Source: a virus (taxonomy: Duplodnaviria > Caudoviricetes). From it: 41,043 nt of DNA. The DNA lies in the IMG/VR virus record IMGVR_UViG_3300020042_009526, positions 1 through 41,043 of that record; one strand, 5' to 3'. Of the stretch, positions 27,150 to 35,277 are shown piece by piece. The notes under the pieces are model-generated. The model made no database searches. It had not been told where the DNA came from and worked only from the letters and a program-made list of their open reading frames with translations. The stretch's first letter is position 1. Each line of letters begins with the position of its first letter. The translations under genes and the position numbers were made by a program.

Positions 27150-27765
27150 TCACATTGCCTTTACGGTAGCCACGTGCTACCCACTCACGACAAATAGATT
27201 CCCACTTGGCCAAGTCTTTTACCGTTGACACCACTTGCTCTCTGATAGCAATTGGCACTTGGAGGCGATGTGTTGACCGAAATATTCCTAGTGCATCTGG
27301 TGGCAAATCTTCTTTTGGTTTTGCATCACGCTTTGCCTTTGGCGCAACATCGACAGATGTTGTAGCAATACTTTCTTTCCTTTCTTTATATGTATGCAAT
27401 TTTTGCATAGGTGGCGGTGCAATTTTTGCTATAGCAATTTCTTCTATAGCAATTTCTGCAATACCAGAAGAAGAAGAAAGCTCATCGCACACCACATCTG
27501 GTATGCCATTGTCTATTGGCGTGTATACATACCCTAATTGACTCTCTACGTGCGTAAGTATTCCCATGGCTATAAGGCGACCACTTGCAGTGCTACACTG
27601 CCTTACAGAGCATCCTGTGAGCTTTGCCAATGTTGATAGCGAAAGCGTCGCAGATTTCCGTTGCCATCCATAGGTGTTTCGGTATATCACCATCATAATC
27701 ATCGCTTCCGTGCCAGATAGCGATGGCAGAATATCAAAGAAACTATTTGGCACTTTTGTATACAT
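26992..27765 (-). CDS. Replication initiator (lambda O-like N-terminal wHTH)
   Basis: YTKVPN.FFD.L..LS..E...IYRNTYGW...LSLSTLAKLTG; internal iterons; upstream of the loader. Confidence 0.88.
   Translation of the reverse strand: MYTKVPNSFFDILPSLSGTEAMIMMVIYRNTYGWQRKSATLSLSTLAKLTGCSVRQCSTASGRLIAMGILTHVESQLGYVYTPIDNGIPDVVCDELSSSSGIAEIAIEEIAIAKIAPPPMQKLHTYKERKESIATTSVDVAPKAKRDAKPKEDLPPDALGIFRSTHRLQVPIAIREQVVSTVKDLAKWESICREWVARGYRKGNVSGCLEVYQKGWKGNAKSTQRGDTQRQHRESRMGSYLAEYADEIPIDGNGNNP
27370..27463. promoter_or_regulatory. Putative replication origin: iterons plus AT/purine-rich tract within the initiator gene
   Basis: GCAATTTTTGC-type palindromic repeats at 27393-27409, 27418-27440 and 27444-27460; lambdoid origins lie inside O. 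Confidence 0.75.
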
Positions 27766-27793
27766 TACATTTGCATCCTGCTACAATACTATA

Positions 27794-27830
27794 GATGGCT
27801 AGTGCCTTCCACTTCCCCTCACTAGCCATC
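27794..27830. other. Perfect 11-bp stem hairpin with a pyrimidine-rich loop (+ strand) upstream of the initiator
   Basis: GATGGCTAGTG/CACTAGCCATC, loop CCTTCCACTTCCCCT; preceded on + by TG-C-TACAAT (27779-27787). Confidence 0.7.
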
Positions 27831-28107
27831 ATCCCTTGTAATGATACCAAGTAAGCGCAATGCGTATCGCATGAGCAACACTGATACGCCGACGTTTGGC
27901 AACATCTCGCACACGATGGTATTGCTCATCACTGAAATAGGCTGCAACACCTACTCTAAACTTATCCATACTCACTTCACACAACGGCGAATCAGCATCA
28001 ATCCATCGTTGCATCACGTTACGGATGTGATCCGATACCGTGGATAATTCTGCCTTTGCTCTGATAACCGTAAGCATATGGAGATCCGGCGATAAACTAC
28101 TACTCAT
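27829..28107 (-). CDS. Putative ribbon-helix-helix DNA-binding protein
   Basis: VAAYFSDEQYHRVRDVAKRRRISVAHAIRIAL; start moved to 28107, overlapping the upstream stop. Confidence 0.6.
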   Translation of the reverse strand: MSSSLSPDLHMLTVIRAKAELSTVSDHIRNVMQRWIDADSPLCEVSMDKFRVGVAAYFSDEQYHRVRDVAKRRRISVAHAIRIALTWYHYKG

Positions 28108-28261
28108 TAGTGTGACGGCTGAATTGGCTTTTGTATAATGCTCTGATTGCATGACGGATTACATCTCCCTTACTGATGCGTAATCGAATGGATAATTCGT
28201 GCATCATATTGTCTACTTCTGAATCCATGCGTAGTGTAAAAAATCGTGTTAGTGCATTCAT
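28100..28261 (-). CDS. 53-aa CopG/Arc-like RHH protein (below ORF-track cutoff)
   Basis: MNALTRFFTLRMDSEVDNMMHELSIRLRISKGDVIRHAIRALYKSQFSRHTNE; ATGA overlap with the upstream gene and overlap with the downstream start. Confidence 0.7.
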   Translation of the reverse strand: MNALTRFFTLRMDSEVDNMMHELSIRLRISKGDVIRHAIRALYKSQFSRHTNE

Positions 28262-28662
28262 TGCAATCCCTGCGCTTCATCACGACCAATCGGGATGCCA
28301 TGCCTTTCAATATGCTCATACAAGCGCAACATGGCATCTGCCAACAACAAGCCGTGCTGACTCTCACTCATATGAATCTCGCCCAGCTTACCCATTTTTT
28401 CATTCAGCTGGTCGATTGCAAAATCCATCATCCGTATTTGACGCATTCGTTGTTCCTCAATGGTAGACAATCCCAATCGTGCAATTCCCAATGTAGCAAT
28501 GTGAATCGTGTTCAATTCCTGTATCATTGATTCCATATGTGTGATTCGCAACCTCATTACATCACGCAGATGATTCGCATAATCTGAGGTTTCCTTAAAA
28601 ACGTTTGGCATATATTCCTTTAAATTGCATCCATACCTGCCATACGACAAGTATGGATGCAT
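28258..28662 (-). CDS. Hypothetical coiled-coil protein
   Basis: ORF in the early operon; start may be 28611. Confidence 0.6.
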   Translation of the reverse strand: MHPYLSYGRYGCNLKEYMPNVFKETSDYANHLRDVMRLRITHMESMIQELNTIHIATLGIARLGLSTIEEQRMRQIRMMDFAIDQLNEKMGKLGEIHMSESQHGLLLADAMLRLYEHIERHGIPIGRDEAQGLQ

Positions 28663-28671
28663 ACAATGATA

Positions 28672-29232
28672 TTACTTTGTGACTTGTGCCTTGAGATACT
28701 TGCCTAGCTGAATGATTTCAGCTATGTCTAAATCTTCCCATGGCATATCCAGATACTGATGCGTTACCGTAATTTGCTTTTCCACTGCTTGTGCCAGCAA
28801 TTCCTCGCAGCGTGCTATGATTTCATTGCGGTTTGGTTGCTTTGCCACCACCGCTTCAGATCGTCGTTGCGCTTCCTCGATTTCCTCTTTCGATGCAATA
28901 CTGAATCCCATACGCTTGTCGGCACTATATCCTAGAAAAGCCAACGCACGACCGACGGCACTAGTTTCACAATCCTCGATAGGATTGGTTGCTTTGGCAG
29001 AATTGCCACCAAGATCCAATCGGAATGTAGCAGTGCCTGTTGCGGTGCGGTCGTTTCGCATATAAACGGTACATCGAATATATCCCATCTGTTCATTGAG
29101 CATGATTGGCGCAGTGGTTTCAATACGCAACAATTCGCCTTGTGCATCATGCACTCTCTCTGCGACCGATACATAGTTTGCTAACCGATTGCTACCAGCA
29201 TTGCCAGCATTGCTATTGTTCTTATACGTCAC
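28672..29232 (-). CDS. Putative ssDNA-annealing recombinase (Rad52/Sak-like)
   Basis: YVSVAERV, ATGTA, IEDCETSAVGRALAFLG and ASKEE motifs. Confidence 0.6.
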   Translation of the reverse strand: MTYKNNSNAGNAGSNRLANYVSVAERVHDAQGELLRIETTAPIMLNEQMGYIRCTVYMRNDRTATGTATFRLDLGGNSAKATNPIEDCETSAVGRALAFLGYSADKRMGFSIASKEEIEEAQRRSEAVVAKQPNRNEIIARCEELLAQAVEKQITVTHQYLDMPWEDLDIAEIIQLGKYLKAQVTK

Positions 29233-29563
29233 TTAATGCCTCGCTTTCTTTGCGCTTCTTTTCCTTAGCTGCCGTGTGTAGATTGTTCAATACCGTATCA
29301 TAGTCAGACAACACAATCTCAATGGTGCGACCAAGCACATTCGTAAACCAATCCTCGCATTGTGAGAGTGTGCCCCAAAACGATTTCGTGTCTTGGTTAG
29401 TTTCCATTTGAATCATGTAAATCGTTACTGATCCCCACTTGATGTATACCATTTTAATCACGTGTACGCAGTCATTTATCACAACCGTTGATTGCCATCC
29501 AGACTTCCAGCTTGACACAAGGCAATCCACGTCGTGAATGGTACGCTCAAATTTGATTTTCAT
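29222..29563 (-). CDS. Hypothetical protein
   Basis: 113-aa ORF coupled to neighbours. Confidence 0.6.
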   Translation of the reverse strand: MKIKFERTIHDVDCLVSSWKSGWQSTVVINDCVHVIKMVYIKWGSVTIYMIQMETNQDTKSFWGTLSQCEDWFTNVLGRTIEIVLSDYDTVLNNLHTAAKEKKRKESEALSDV

Positions 29564-30072
29564 TATTCTACCGTTTCTAACCAGCTATTCTGGTATTCGA
29601 CAATTTTGCTATACGCACTAATTGCCATAATCATATGCTTGTCACGTTTCTCACCATCCAACATCATAGCAGTTTTGCGCTCTCCAATAGCGATGCGTAC
29701 CATGGCATCAATATCCTCTAAAATCGCATCATCTCCGCATCCCAATGGTTGTTTGGTGTTATTCCATTCTGATGTGACGGCATCAATAGCAGAGAGATAC
29801 CTGCTTTCCATCCAATGCTGTTGTACGGATAGCAGTGCCGTATTGAAATCTTGTACGTCGTTGTCACCACACACGTTTACTTTAATCATCATCGTTGCCG
29901 TAGGCATGATGGTAGGCTTTTCAAGTGTAATCGTTGGCAACATCGTTGGCGATACCGTTGGAGCTTTCGATGCGAGATCGGATGCTTTCCCAAGTAATCC
30001 ACACACTGACAACATCAACACCGCACCTACTGCAATTCCACATCCTTGTTTCTTGTTCAAGTTATTGCTCAC
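29563..30072 (-). CDS. Membrane-anchored protein with Pro/Thr-rich linker
   Basis: KKQGCGIAVGAVLMLSVCGLLG TM segment, then PTVSPTMLPTITLEKPTIMPTAT. Confidence 0.65.
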   Translation of the reverse strand: MSNNLNKKQGCGIAVGAVLMLSVCGLLGKASDLASKAPTVSPTMLPTITLEKPTIMPTATMMIKVNVCGDNDVQDFNTALLSVQQHWMESRYLSAIDAVTSEWNNTKQPLGCGDDAILEDIDAMVRIAIGERKTAMMLDGEKRDKHMIMAISAYSKIVEYQNSWLETVE

Positions 30073-30358
30073 TTTCTACATCATCATCTGAATCATCATC
30101 ATCGTCGATACCCCATTCATCATCACCATCCATGGCTTCATCTGCTTCATAATCCTTGTGCTTGATGCGATTGGTGTGGAATTGCTTAAGCAATTTGACC
30201 ACATCTTTGGACAATGATTCTAATCGCTCTAATGAATCAATCTCCGTGCTATTCATATCATGATAATTATTTCGAATAGCTTCTTCCAGAATCTCAACAA
30301 CTTGTTCAAGCTCACTAACAGTATTTTCCATGGCACAATAAGACATTGACGGTGACAT
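30062..30358 (-). CDS. Hypothetical acidic-tailed phage protein
   Basis: MSYCAMENT..EL N-terminus; C-terminal Asp/Glu run. Confidence 0.6.
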   Translation of the reverse strand: MSPSMSYCAMENTVSELEQVVEILEEAIRNNYHDMNSTEIDSLERLESLSKDVVKLLKQFHTNRIKHKDYEADEAMDGDDEWGIDDDDDSDDDVESEQ

Positions 30359-30361
30359 AAT

Positions 30362-30691
30362 TTATTTCTCCTTTTTAATCATTAGGTATCCATTTGATAC
30401 CTTTTCTTCACGCAGATTAGCAATAGCATTTGCCGTGTGCAATTCTCCATCACGCAACAATTGGGCAGTAAGCGAATCTAATCCATCCACATCATACGTG
30501 ACACGCTTCTTATCGGCAGTAATCATGGCAGTGCCAATGTGATCTGCTTTCACTTTCGTTACACCAAGCGATTTCATGTGATTCAATAGCTGATCACGCA
30601 ATCCCTGCTTTTGAATCTCCAACATCTTAATCTCTGACTCAATCTCGCCAATCTCACTAATCCATGCCGCAACATTTGTAATTTGTTCCAT
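30362..30691 (-). CDS. Hypothetical coiled-coil protein (Gp157/Gam-like region)
   Basis: IKMLEIQKQGLRDQLLNHMKSLGVTKV pattern; near the recombinase; RBS AAAGGTG. Confidence 0.5.
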   Translation of the reverse strand: MEQITNVAAWISEIGEIESEIKMLEIQKQGLRDQLLNHMKSLGVTKVKADHIGTAMITADKKRVTYDVDGLDSLTAQLLRDGELHTANAIANLREEKVSNGYLMIKKEK

Positions 30692-30703
30692 CGTCACACC
30701 TTT

Positions 30704-31399
30704 CTACTCAATAATCCACTTAACTTTATGCGATCCCATCAGATGCATTGCAGTTTTAATCATATCCATCGCAATGTTCTCATCGGTGTATGCACCATGC
30801 ACAATCTCATTCTTATCCAAGTGTGCAAAAAACTTGGACACGTATTCCTTATAGGTGTGTGGTCGAATCTTGCACCAAATCGCACTATTCATACCATTCT
30901 CGCCACCTCTTTGTCGGATAATACCACTTTTGGTTGTACGACAAATCTCAAACTTCCAATCGTATGCTGGTCGAATACCCTCATGAACAACCATGTTATC
31001 CATGTTTGCAGGTACTACCCACATATCGCCTTTGCCATCAAACGTTACAATGGTTTTATCAAATACAATGGCATACTGCTGAATAGATTTAAGTGTTGCT
31101 TCCCACCACTCTGACTCTGTACGAAATCCCATGTACTGATAATACTTAATCGTATTGTGTGCTACCTGCAACCAAAGCTCATGCTCACGTTTTTTGATAA
31201 CATCACTAGTTTTTAATTCAGGAAACAAATCAAACGATTTAAAATTCACTTGATGATACTGCTTAATCTGTTTCCAATAGCTCCGTGATGATTTCATGTC
31301 TGTCGCAATCCGTCGCATCTGCGTTTGCACATCTCCGTTGTACTGCAAGAAATCGTTTAGCTCAATCACTTTTGGTTTCCTTTCTACTAACTTCAACAT
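30704..31399 (-). CDS. Hypothetical protein, probably leaderless
   Basis: Start placed at ATG 31399, 5 nt after TG-T-TACAAT on -; the longer 31582 frame just reads through DNA repeats. Confidence 0.6.
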   Translation of the reverse strand: MLKLVERKPKVIELNDFLQYNGDVQTQMRRIATDMKSSRSYWKQIKQYHQVNFKSFDLFPELKTSDVIKKREHELWLQVAHNTIKYYQYMGFRTESEWWEATLKSIQQYAIVFDKTIVTFDGKGDMWVVPANMDNMVVHEGIRPAYDWKFEICRTTKSGIIRQRGGENGMNSAIWCKIRPHTYKEYVSKFFAHLDKNEIVHGAYTDENIAMDMIKTAMHLMGSHKVKWIIE

Positions 31400-31486
31400 G
31401 GTTGATTGTAACACAAAGAAAAGTGGTTTGGTAGGCATTTTTATGAGAATTAGATGAGAAGCAGATGAGATGAATCTCATAATACA

Positions 31487-31619
31487 TATGCGTAGTTGCA
31501 ATCGCCTATAAGGCTTAAGAGAAAAAACAGAATCTCGCCGTATGCGTAATTGCAACCGCCTATAACGCCGATGATGATGCAATCATCACACATTCGCGCG
31601 TAGTGGCAACCGCCTATAA
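31487..31619. repeat. Three 22-25 bp direct repeats at exact 54-bp periodicity
   Basis: GCGTA(G/A)T(T/G)GCAA(T/C)CGCCTATAA with CGTA at 31491, 31545 and 31599; unique intervening sequences. Confidence 0.85.
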
Positions 31620-31800
31620 TGGTATATATATAATCTGATATGTGTTGTGATAGCAAAACACAATGAATATTGATACCTTTATTTGCATCAATTTTGCCTT
31701 ACTTTAGAATGTAGGCGGTAGGCATGGTATACCACTAATGATTATATTAGCTGTAGAGGCTTCTGAGGCCTCAGCTACCGCCTCAGCTACCGCCTCTACA

Positions 31801-31951
31801 GCTAAGCTATAGCACGTGCTGAGGCATCTACTGAGCTATGGGCTGAGCTATGGGCTGAGCTATGGGCTGAGCTATGGGCTGAGCTATGGGCTGAGCTGCA
31901 GAGGCATCTATAGAGGCGGTAGCTGAGGCTAAGCTATAGCACGTGCTGAGG
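31801..31951. repeat. 12-bp tandem array CTGAGCTATGGG x5.6 flanked by 24-bp direct repeats
   Basis: Array at 31831-31897; GCTAAGCTATAGCACGTGCTGAGG at 31801-31824 and 31928-31951. Confidence 0.92.
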
Positions 31952-31978
31952 TATCAGCTGAGGCGGTAGCCCATGCAT

Positions 31979-32030
31979 ATACATATAATAATGCCTCAGC
32001 TTTTAAAGGCTGAGGCATTATTATATGTAT
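31979..32030. repeat. 52-bp near-perfect palindrome (terminator or cruciform)
   Basis: 22-bp arms ATACATATAATAATGCCTCAGC/GCTGAGGCATTATTATATGTAT around TTTTAAAG. Confidence 0.9.
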
Positions 32031-32094
32031 TGTATTTATTTAATTCTGTTTTTTGTATAGTGATAAATAAAGCAGATAATTAATACTAATAGCT

Positions 32095-32661
32095 CTAACA
32101 GATCACACCTCTCAGCTCATTCTTAATAATCGAATTATCACGGTATGAATAATCTAATAATAGATATATCTGTAGTAATTCATTATATGTAATTGTAGGA
32201 TTGTATACAGAATATTCTATACGCTTATACTTAGCTGCTACCTCATTATTAGCAAAATAAGAGGCTAAGTATTGATAGTATGAGGCTAAGTTAATAATAT
32301 TCTTAGATAATACGTATCTAATACGCTTCTGCATATATACATCATAGCTAACTAATGATATTTTGCTATTATGCTTAATTGCCTTTAATAGCTCATCAGC
32401 CTCAGCAGTAGCCTCAGCCTTATTAGCTTTATTGTAATTAGATAATAGTGCTATATATGTAGCTGTATATTGCAATTCTACATTAGCCCATTGTATACAA
32501 TCATCTATCATAGAATTATCATAATAGGTAGTACTATCATTGTAGTGTGTAAAGCCTATATGAGTATAGTGATCCTCAATACGTGTAATCTTATTAGCTA
32601 ATTCTGTAGCATTATCATACGTAGCCTTATACAGGTTAATCAGTGTATTATTCATTATCAT
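32095..32661 (-). CDS. Hypothetical Tyr/Asn-rich protein
   Basis: Last ORF of the coupled chain; likely start 32655 (ATGAATAA overlap). Confidence 0.55.
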   Translation of the reverse strand: MIMNNTLINLYKATYDNATELANKITRIEDHYTHIGFTHYNDSTTYYDNSMIDDCIQWANVELQYTATYIALLSNYNKANKAEATAEADELLKAIKHNSKISLVSYDVYMQKRIRYVLSKNIINLASYYQYLASYFANNEVAAKYKRIEYSVYNPTITYNELLQIYLLLDYSYRDNSIIKNELRGVIC

Positions 32662-33328
32662 TAGCCTTAGTAATTAAATAAATTGTAAAATACTTGTATG
32701 AATTACCATATAGAATATTCATGTAATCATTCATACATTTATGATTACAATTATACGCTAGCGTATCAGTAAAATAGTTAGCATTCGCTTCAGCTACCTT
32801 GGCTGCATTGCCTTTTACTCTGTAGTATTTGGCTTTAGCTTTATACTTTTTATCTGCTTTAGCATCATACTTCTTATTCATAACTTCAGTTATATCTAAA
32901 GATAATAGATACAGATAATACGTATATGCGATAATATAGGCATCTGCAAAAGCCTCATCTTTTATATAAAGATGATTATTATAGCCTTTATTATGTAGCT
33001 CAGATAACACGCTATTGTATATAGGCGGCTTATTCATAACCATATAAGCATTCATAGATGAGGTTAATGTAGCCTCAGCAGATGCCTCAGCCCATGTAGT
33101 AAAAATATCTTTTTGATCATCAGTAAAGCTATAATTATTAGCCTCATAGTTATATGCCTTACTTGCCTCTAAAGCATAATCTTTAGCCTCAGCAGTTAGC
33201 TCATAGGTAGCTAATGCATCATACTCATAATTCATAGCATGATAATCAATAGCTGCTAATGCCTTAGCCTTTAATAATACTTCTCTATTAAAGGCTTGGC
33301 GTGATGTATTAATAATTTTATTTTGCAT
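32648..33328 (-). CDS. Hypothetical Ala/Tyr-rich protein
   Basis: 226-aa ORF with GAGG RBS; overlaps neighbours. Confidence 0.55.
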   Translation of the reverse strand: MQNKIINTSRQAFNREVLLKAKALAAIDYHAMNYEYDALATYELTAEAKDYALEASKAYNYEANNYSFTDDQKDIFTTWAEASAEATLTSSMNAYMVMNKPPIYNSVLSELHNKGYNNHLYIKDEAFADAYIIAYTYYLYLLSLDITEVMNKKYDAKADKKYKAKAKYYRVKGNAAKVAEANANYFTDTLAYNCNHKCMNDYMNILYGNSYKYFTIYLITKANDNE

Positions 33329-33551
33329 CTGTAGCCTCTGCTAACTTAATAATTAACTTCTGATTGTAGTAAAGGCTAGTATAGCCTACTAAATAAGCAA
33401 ATGCCTCTTTAATGCTATTCGCTACATAATGACTATTATCTACAAAATACTCATTATGATAGCCTACTGAATATCTACCATTGTATCTATTAACGTATAA
33501 GCCTACCGCCTCAGCACGTATTTTTAGATCTGATAATTTAATTCTCATCAT
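33318..33551 (-). CDS. Hypothetical protein
   Basis: 77-aa ORF with GAGG RBS; the most globular-looking ORF of the block. Confidence 0.55.
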   Translation of the reverse strand: MMRIKLSDLKIRAEAVGLYVNRYNGRYSVGYHNEYFVDNSHYVANSIKEAFAYLVGYTSLYYNQKLIIKLAEATDAK

Positions 33552-33560
33552 CTTATGCCT

Positions 33561-33905
33561 CTACTTCTTTTCATTCATTAATGAATAATATGCATAACTA
33601 TTCTTTATAGCCTCTAATGCCTCATAGGCTTTAGCTACCTCAGCCTCAGCCTCAGCTATTAATGCCTCAGCACGTGCTAATGCCTCCGCTTCTTTACTCA
33701 TTAAATTAGATTGTAATTCTAGCATAGTATATATATAGTATGCTTTATTCTTATCATCTGAGCTATTAAGGCATATAGAATGATATTTATATGCATTAAC
33801 TTTTGCATCATCAGCTACCTTAGCCCATGCCTTGGCGTTATTATTAGCCTCAGCTACTGCTACCTCTTTTACTAAAAAAGCTAGCTGCTTATAATCTTTA
33901 TTCAT
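33561..33905 (-). CDS. Hypothetical Ala/Glu/Lys-rich protein
   Basis: GAGG RBS and ATGAATAA overlap at 33898-33905. Confidence 0.55.
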   Translation of the reverse strand: MNKDYKQLAFLVKEVAVAEANNNAKAWAKVADDAKVNAYKYHSICLNSSDDKNKAYYIYTMLELQSNLMSKEAEALARAEALIAEAEAEVAKAYEALEAIKNSYAYYSLMNEKK

Positions 33906-34362
33906 TATTAGCCTCATTCATAATTGATACAGCATGATTACAAAAAACATTATACTCATCTAATGCCCATAGCTCATTTTTAGCATAAAGCATAATTACA
34001 GTATTAGTATACTCATTAGATGCCTTAGCACTAAAATATGTAGCATTAGCCCATGCCTCAGCCTTAGCCTCTAATGCCTTTATTACTCTGAGCTTAGCAT
34101 TAATCAATACCTTATAAGCATTAGCCCATGCCTCAGCCTCTTTATACTTAATATAATTACTTAGGTGTATATGCTTTAAGCCTACTTTACTATCAGCAGT
34201 ATACTCTAGCCCATTAACACTCAGATTGTATGTAGAGTAGCTAATAGTATAACTAATTAATGCCGCCTCAGCTATATCAGCCCATACTTTAGCATCAGCT
34301 ACCGCCTCTGCTAGTGTAATTTTAGTAGCCTTTATTACTTCACTAGTGTTATTACTCATCAT
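33898..34362 (-). CDS. Hypothetical Ala-rich protein
   Basis: GAGG RBS before ATGATG; frame open from 34371. Confidence 0.55.
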   Translation of the reverse strand: MMSNNTSEVIKATKITLAEAVADAKVWADIAEAALISYTISYSTYNLSVNGLEYTADSKVGLKHIHLSNYIKYKEAEAWANAYKVLINAKLRVIKALEAKAEAWANATYFSAKASNEYTNTVIMLYAKNELWALDEYNVFCNHAVSIMNEANNE

Positions 34363-34372
34363 ATGCCTCATT

Positions 34373-34951
34373 CTACTTTATGCAAATATTATAAATTAGC
34401 TCAGCCTTGGCTACCTCATACTCAGCCTCAGCTTTATCAGCCTTAGCCTTGGCTAATAACATTTTGGTATTAGCATGATGCTTTTGTGCATTATGTAATA
34501 AATACATAGCATCAGCATACGCTTCTCTACTCTCATCACTGTAGTGCGATTGTAGACTATTACTAGCCTCAGCCCATGCTGTATCATATGTATATACTAC
34601 CGCCTCTGAGGCTTTATTATTAGCATCTACCGCCTCTGCTAGCTTAATATCAGCCTCTAATAATAAGCCTTTTAGCTTCACTACTAACACTGATGCATCA
34701 TAAGCCTTAGTAATAGCATCTACTTCAGCTACCGCCTCATCTGTATCATTATTAAAGTTATTAATACAATCATGCCAAGCCTTGGTATAGTAGTAGTAGC
34801 TATCAATATCATTAGCAAATACATTAACCTTAGGCATATAAGCACGTGCTAATAATTTAATAGATGCCTCAGCCTCAGCCTTGGCTTTTTGGTATATTTT
34901 AGCCTCAGCCTCAGCCCATAGCTTAATCATTGCTTTATCTTGGTTATTCAT
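34373..34951 (-). CDS. Hypothetical Ala-rich protein
   Basis: GAGG RBS and ATGAATAA overlap at 34944-34951. Confidence 0.55.
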   Translation of the reverse strand: MNNQDKAMIKLWAEAEAKIYQKAKAEAEASIKLLARAYMPKVNVFANDIDSYYYYTKAWHDCINNFNNDTDEAVAEVDAITKAYDASVLVVKLKGLLLEADIKLAEAVDANNKASEAVVYTYDTAWAEASNSLQSHYSDESREAYADAMYLLHNAQKHHANTKMLLAKAKADKAEAEYEVAKAELIYNICIK

Positions 34952-35180
34952 ACGTAGCCTCATTATCTGTATAATACTCATTCAGTGCATCAGCTAATGC
35001 CTTATATTTGCTAATAGCTTTAGGCTTTACCATAAATACAGTAGCCTTAGCTGATGCCTTGGCTACAGCCTTAGCTGCTTTAGCCTTAGCCTTGGCTTTT
35101 CGCTTAATTGATACCTTAGCCTTAGCCTCTACCGCCTCTACCGCCTCAGCAGTAGCCTCATACTCATATGCATACATCAT
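34944..35180 (-). CDS. Hypothetical Ala/Lys-rich protein
   Basis: 78-aa ORF with GAGG RBS; AKAKAKA run. Confidence 0.5.
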   Translation of the reverse strand: MMYAYEYEATAEAVEAVEAKAKVSIKRKAKAKAKAAKAVAKASAKATVFMVKPKAISKYKALADALNEYYTDNEATYE

Positions 35181-35277
35181 GTAATAGCCTCATTCATATA
35201 ATAATAATTATTAGCCTCTATTGCCTCTGCTAAATCAGCCTCATCTAAGGCGGTATACAATTAAGATAATACATATG

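Noticed and set aside
29534-30091. Long antisense and shadow ORFs (e.g. 29534..30091, 6035..6433, 7639..8016, 15176..15577, 16977..17357, 39278..39547)
   Set aside because: They lie opposite well-supported genes, lack clear RBS or motifs, and are expected from codon bias.
31400-31582. N-terminal extension with YRRLQLRI repeats on ORF 30704..31582
   Set aside because: It is the translation of the 54-bp-period DNA repeats; a -10 box just before ATG 31399 gives a better start.
31487-31619. CRISPR array call
   Set aside because: Only three short, non-identical repeats with no cas genes or recognisable repeat end; kept as an unexplained periodic repeat.
31979-32030. Protelomerase telomere of a linear plasmid-phage
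   Set aside because: No protelomerase or ParA gene recognised in the window; retained only as a palindrome.
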